From an uncultured Ectothiorhodospiraceae bacterium (GTDB taxonomy: Bacteria > Pseudomonadota > Gammaproteobacteria > S012-40): a stretch of 61,048 nt of DNA. The DNA is taken from positions 1-61,048 of the forward strand of contig CAZWUO010000003.1 of NCBI GenBank assembly GCA_964636675.1. The letters run 5' to 3'. This document shows, piece by piece, positions 57,790 to 61,048 of the stretch; the stretch's first letter is position 1; each line of letters starts with the position of its first letter. Below the pieces are notes generated by a model. The model was not told the origin of the DNA. It worked only from the letters and a program-made list of their open reading frames with translations, and did no database searches. The position numbers were made by a program, and so were the translations under genes.

Positions 57790-58107
57790 ATGAAAAAACT
57801 TTCACCCAAACTAATTCACCCAGCACTAACAATAGTCTTGTTAACTCTTTGCCCGCTGGCTTATGCAAATGACATTGATTCTTTAAATATCGAAGATGGT
57901 GTACAAGGAATAATTATTCAGGAGAAAAAAGATTCTCGTATTCAAGAATTTAAATCTAATGGCCAGGTATATATGATTAAAATCACACCTAAAAAAGGCT
58001 TTCCATACTATTTAGTCGATACAGATGGCGATGGAATATTAGAAAGTCGCAAAAACGGCATGGAACCCAATTTGTTGATTCCTTCTTGGGTCATATTTAG
58101 TTGGTAA
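57790..58107 (+). CDS. DUF2782-type exported protein
   Basis: IQEFKSNGQVYMIKITPKKGFPYYLVD..G, PSWVIFSW; divergent from polA. Confidence 0.85.
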   Translation: MKKLSPKLIHPALTIVLLTLCPLAYANDIDSLNIEDGVQGIIIQEKKDSRIQEFKSNGQVYMIKITPKKGFPYYLVDTDGDGILESRKNGMEPNLLIPSWVIFSW

Positions 58108-58147
58108 AATAGGGCTTCCTTCTTCTAAGTTCTAAGGAAAAACCAAT

Positions 58148-58178
58148 AAAAAAAGCCGGTTAAAAACCGGCTTTTTTT
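58148..58178. terminator. Bidirectional intrinsic terminator
   Basis: A7-GCCGGTT...AACCGGC-T7 between convergent genes. Confidence 0.88.
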
Positions 58179-58196
58179 GCATTATTCTGGTAAGAA

Positions 58197-58532
58197 CTAG
58201 CCTAAACCAAGAATAAAGTCTACTAACTCTCCAATATCCGCGTCATTGACACGTGGAGAATATGGAGGCATTGGCACACCTTTAGTAACTTCAGTCCAGT
58301 TACCTTTTCCGCCTTTCTTGACTTTAGCAATAAGAGTGTCTTTTGCAGCAGCATCGCCTTTATAACGCTTGCCAACATCCGCCCAACTTGGACCAACTAC
58401 TTTTTTGTCAATAGCGTGACAAGCAGTACAACCGCTCTTCTTCGCCAAAGGAGGCATATCAGCAGCTTGTGCTTGAGATACGCCAAAAACTAACATAGCA
58501 GCTGTAGATATACCTAACAACTTTGCCTTCAT
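58197..58532 (-). CDS. Cytochrome c551/c552 (c8 family)
   Basis: Start MKAKLL behind GGAGGAG; signal AQA; CTACHAIDKKVVGP, GGKGNW, PMPP. Confidence 0.93.
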   Translation of the reverse strand: MKAKLLGISTAAMLVFGVSQAQAADMPPLAKKSGCTACHAIDKKVVGPSWADVGKRYKGDAAAKDTLIAKVKKGGKGNWTEVTKGVPMPPYSPRVNDADIGELVDFILGLG

Positions 58533-58808
58533 GATGTCTCCTCCCAAAAAATTAAATTCTAAATGTCCTTGAGAATCGGATGAGCAATTATTGCTCACCA
58601 AGGACTTAAAAAAACCAAGTGCAATGATTACTTTATCAAAACCGCATGGAAGCGCTCTTTATGCCACGGCCTAGAATTAGTGTCAAGTAAAACGTGAACC
58701 TAGGCTTAATATCACGCAATAGATATAAAAATAAAGGGGGTATTCTTACGCTGAGTTTATGGGAAAAAGCACCTCCAGTCATGTTAAAAATGAAACGTCA
58801 ACAAGACC

Positions 58809-60305
58809 CTAATTCCACTCCACAAGCTCACCACCGATATCGACCAAATAACCGGTGCCATCATCATTGGTTTTCATCACATACGACTGAGTAATCCCAG
58901 GTATGGGTTCAACCGTCATCACAATAGTGCCATCATCAATTTGCTCATAAGTCCCGTTAAGTGGCTCTCCTTCGGTAAAGGTTGCACTTGTTTCGCCCCC
59001 AAGATCGAGTGTTCCGGTGAGTGACATCGTGCCATCTTCGTTGAAATTTATACCAACGCTGGAGCCACCACCATCCGCTATATTGATTGGCGAACTCGTA
59101 TCTAAGGATGCTCGCGCACTATAATCCGCACTACTCGCATCTACGTAAGTTCCAGCTAAAAATTTGTTGACTAAACTCGTTAAGCTAAATTTATCATTCT
59201 GTAAATTACTTAAATAGGTCGCAGAATCAGAGTCTGTTGTGGCAGCTTGTAGCGCACGGTTAATCGCATTATTGGGCGCAGTTGTTATGCTATTAGAGCG
59301 CATAAGGTTTACCACAACCTCGATAGCTCTGGCACGACTATAGGCATCGCCCTTCGGGTTATTGGCTGGAAAAGTGAGATCGCTTGTAAATAAAGTTGAA
59401 ATAAATGAGGACAAAGCAACTATCTTGGTAAAGCTTGCCGAATTTGAAGTCGCATTACTTCCAGCTAGATCCGCATTCGTTGACACTTCGCTCATTTTAT
59501 TAATCGCAGCAGCGATAACGGCATTGGTGTTACTCGCTATAAGCTCTTCAATTGTAGCGTTTCCGAGATTCTCTTGAATAGCCAAATACACCAAATGTGT
59601 TGCATCACTCGGCAAGCCTGCCGAATCACCAAAACGATTGTTAAAAAGAGCACTGTTTAAGGTTACAGACATTACATCTGCGGACTTATGTAATAGCAAT
59701 GCCATTTTGAGTAAAGCGGTTCGCTTTGCGGGAGTCAAGTTATTGCTGAAATTCAGATAGTCTGAATTCATATCTGCCGCGGTTAAACCACCTGCCTCCG
59801 TGGTCACAAATCTGGTTATTTCAATATCCGTCATTGTCGACATTAGACTGGTAATAGGAGAAATGACAAGTACCGAATTTGCAGCAATGCTATTTACGGC
59901 TATTTTTCGGCTTATAACACCAACAAACGATTCACTAATCGTTTTACTGTAACCACCAAATACCCTCACCATTGCTTCTGCTTGCCCGGCTGACACCTTA
60001 AAGCAGTTTTCAGGCTCCTTAGCATCCGTAGCACAATGGTCTACACTCACATCAGCCTCTCCTCCTGTCGGGCTACTAGAGGTATATCCGTCTTTGTCCG
60101 TTTGCGCAGCACTACCAACTTCGCCAGTATCTTTAATCCCATCTTGATCAAAATCCTGATAGATTTGTCCTCGGGTTACATAGCCATCAATCGCTCGAAT
60201 ACTCACCTGGATATCCGCTGAGCCGTTGTCTTGGTCGGGTGCCGCACAAGCCACTAAACCTGATACGGCGAGGACAGCGGCAATAAAACTTATTTTTTCA
60301 AACAT
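58809..60305 (-). CDS. Large Ser/Thr/Asn-rich lipoprotein
   Basis: Lipobox LVAC; IDGY...DFDQDG..D.GE...TDKDG motif; ISPITSL. Confidence 0.7.
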   Translation of the reverse strand: MFEKISFIAAVLAVSGLVACAAPDQDNGSADIQVSIRAIDGYVTRGQIYQDFDQDGIKDTGEVGSAAQTDKDGYTSSSPTGGEADVSVDHCATDAKEPENCFKVSAGQAEAMVRVFGGYSKTISESFVGVISRKIAVNSIAANSVLVISPITSLMSTMTDIEITRFVTTEAGGLTAADMNSDYLNFSNNLTPAKRTALLKMALLLHKSADVMSVTLNSALFNNRFGDSAGLPSDATHLVYLAIQENLGNATIEELIASNTNAVIAAAINKMSEVSTNADLAGSNATSNSASFTKIVALSSFISTLFTSDLTFPANNPKGDAYSRARAIEVVVNLMRSNSITTAPNNAINRALQAATTDSDSATYLSNLQNDKFSLTSLVNKFLAGTYVDASSADYSARASLDTSSPINIADGGGSSVGINFNEDGTMSLTGTLDLGGETSATFTEGEPLNGTYEQIDDGTIVMTVEPIPGITQSYVMKTNDDGTGYLVDIGGELVEWN

Positions 60306-60320
60306 TCGCTTATCCCCTTG

Positions 60321-61048
60321 TTAGAACATAAAATTTATGCCGGCACTCAGCGCTATACTACGCGCAGCAAAAGGCACATCTTCTAGACCTTCGATTTTAC
60401 TGGTATCAAAAGGCTTTAATCCGTACGCAACATCAATGTGCGCAATCAACCATGAAACCCCAAAAGTGAGGTAATTCATTTGCGTTCCGACTAAGTTCTG
60501 GCGGTAACCTACACGGATACCTGGCGCCCAAAACCATTTAGTCCAAAGCTTTGGCATGAACGAGGAACTCAGGGTAAACCATTGATATTCATTGGCCACC
60601 ATATCTCTTATCGGATTCACATCTAAAGATGTGGAAAGAGCCCACATCCGACTCATTGAATAGAGCGATCCCTCCAAATTAAGCTGCGGAAACATGGTAT
60701 ATGTTTCTTCTAAATCAATTTCATCTGAAAAGCCCAATGCTGAAAAACAAGCATCGGTTTCACAGTTCTTTCCAATCACCGGATAATCAAACGAAGGCGC
60801 ATTAATATTTTTAAGCGTGCCACCAACCTGGTAATGTGGAGTAACAAACAGTCCGCCGATATCTAAACCAAAGCCAGCTGCCCCCCCGCCCCCAATAGCA
60901 TCTGATATTTCATCTTCCAATAAAGTGGTAGCATCGCTAAACTCCTGAAAACTTATCAAATTTTTTGTCAGCAATACTTGATAATAGGCAAAACGAAACC
61001 CCCCATAAATGATTCCTTCAGGTAGCTCATACATCTCTTTGCTATAGG
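60321..61048 (-). CDS. TraF-like/FadL-like outer-membrane beta-barrel, C-terminal part (5' end off window)
   Basis: FGLDIG, KNINAPSFDY, PGIRVGYRQNL; C-terminal Phe. Confidence 0.65.
   Translation of the reverse strand, partial: YSKEMYELPEGIIYGGFRFAYYQVLLTKNLISFQEFSDATTLLEDEISDAIGGGGAAGFGLDIGGLFVTPHYQVGGTLKNINAPSFDYPVIGKNCETDACFSALGFSDEIDLEETYTMFPQLNLEGSLYSMSRMWALSTSLDVNPIRDMVANEYQWFTLSSSFMPKLWTKWFWAPGIRVGYRQNLVGTQMNYLTFGVSWLIAHIDVAYGLKPFDTSKIEGLEDVPFAARSIALSAGINFMF

Overview
Chromosomal window of a free-living Gammaproteobacterium, judged from conserved blocks: argS-plsY-folBK-rpiA-ilvA, hemL-thiE-thiD-yrfG, thiC-pcm-tolC and dsbA-engB-polA. No phage, CRISPR, rRNA, tRNA or transposase gene was seen. 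The main accessory feature is a ~20 kb microaerobic respiratory cassette (about 5.8-26.1 kb). It centres on an atypical cbb3-type oxidase (ccoN plus an enlarged ccoO, no haem-bearing ccoP). Around it lie a dihaem c4 and three other c-type cytochromes, a 4-TM single-repeat haem-copper-oxidase homologue, ccoG/ccoS-like genes, and two haem-less CcoP-N-terminus-like proteins. It also holds a Cys-less FGE-fold protein, a membrane spermidine-synthase-like protein and microproteins missed by the ORF track. At its edge, behind a perfect FNR-type palindrome, is a MotA/ExbB-like channel whose partner has a MotB-type Asp helix fused to a vWA/MIDAS domain, a candidate new ion-driven motor. Non-coding signals read directly from the sequence: a sigmaE-type-promoter sRNA with three C-rich loops between polA and engB, a TPP riboswitch with an extra hairpin, and two MITE-like elements with 3-bp TWA flanking repeats. 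All calls come from motif recognition by eye; no searches were run.
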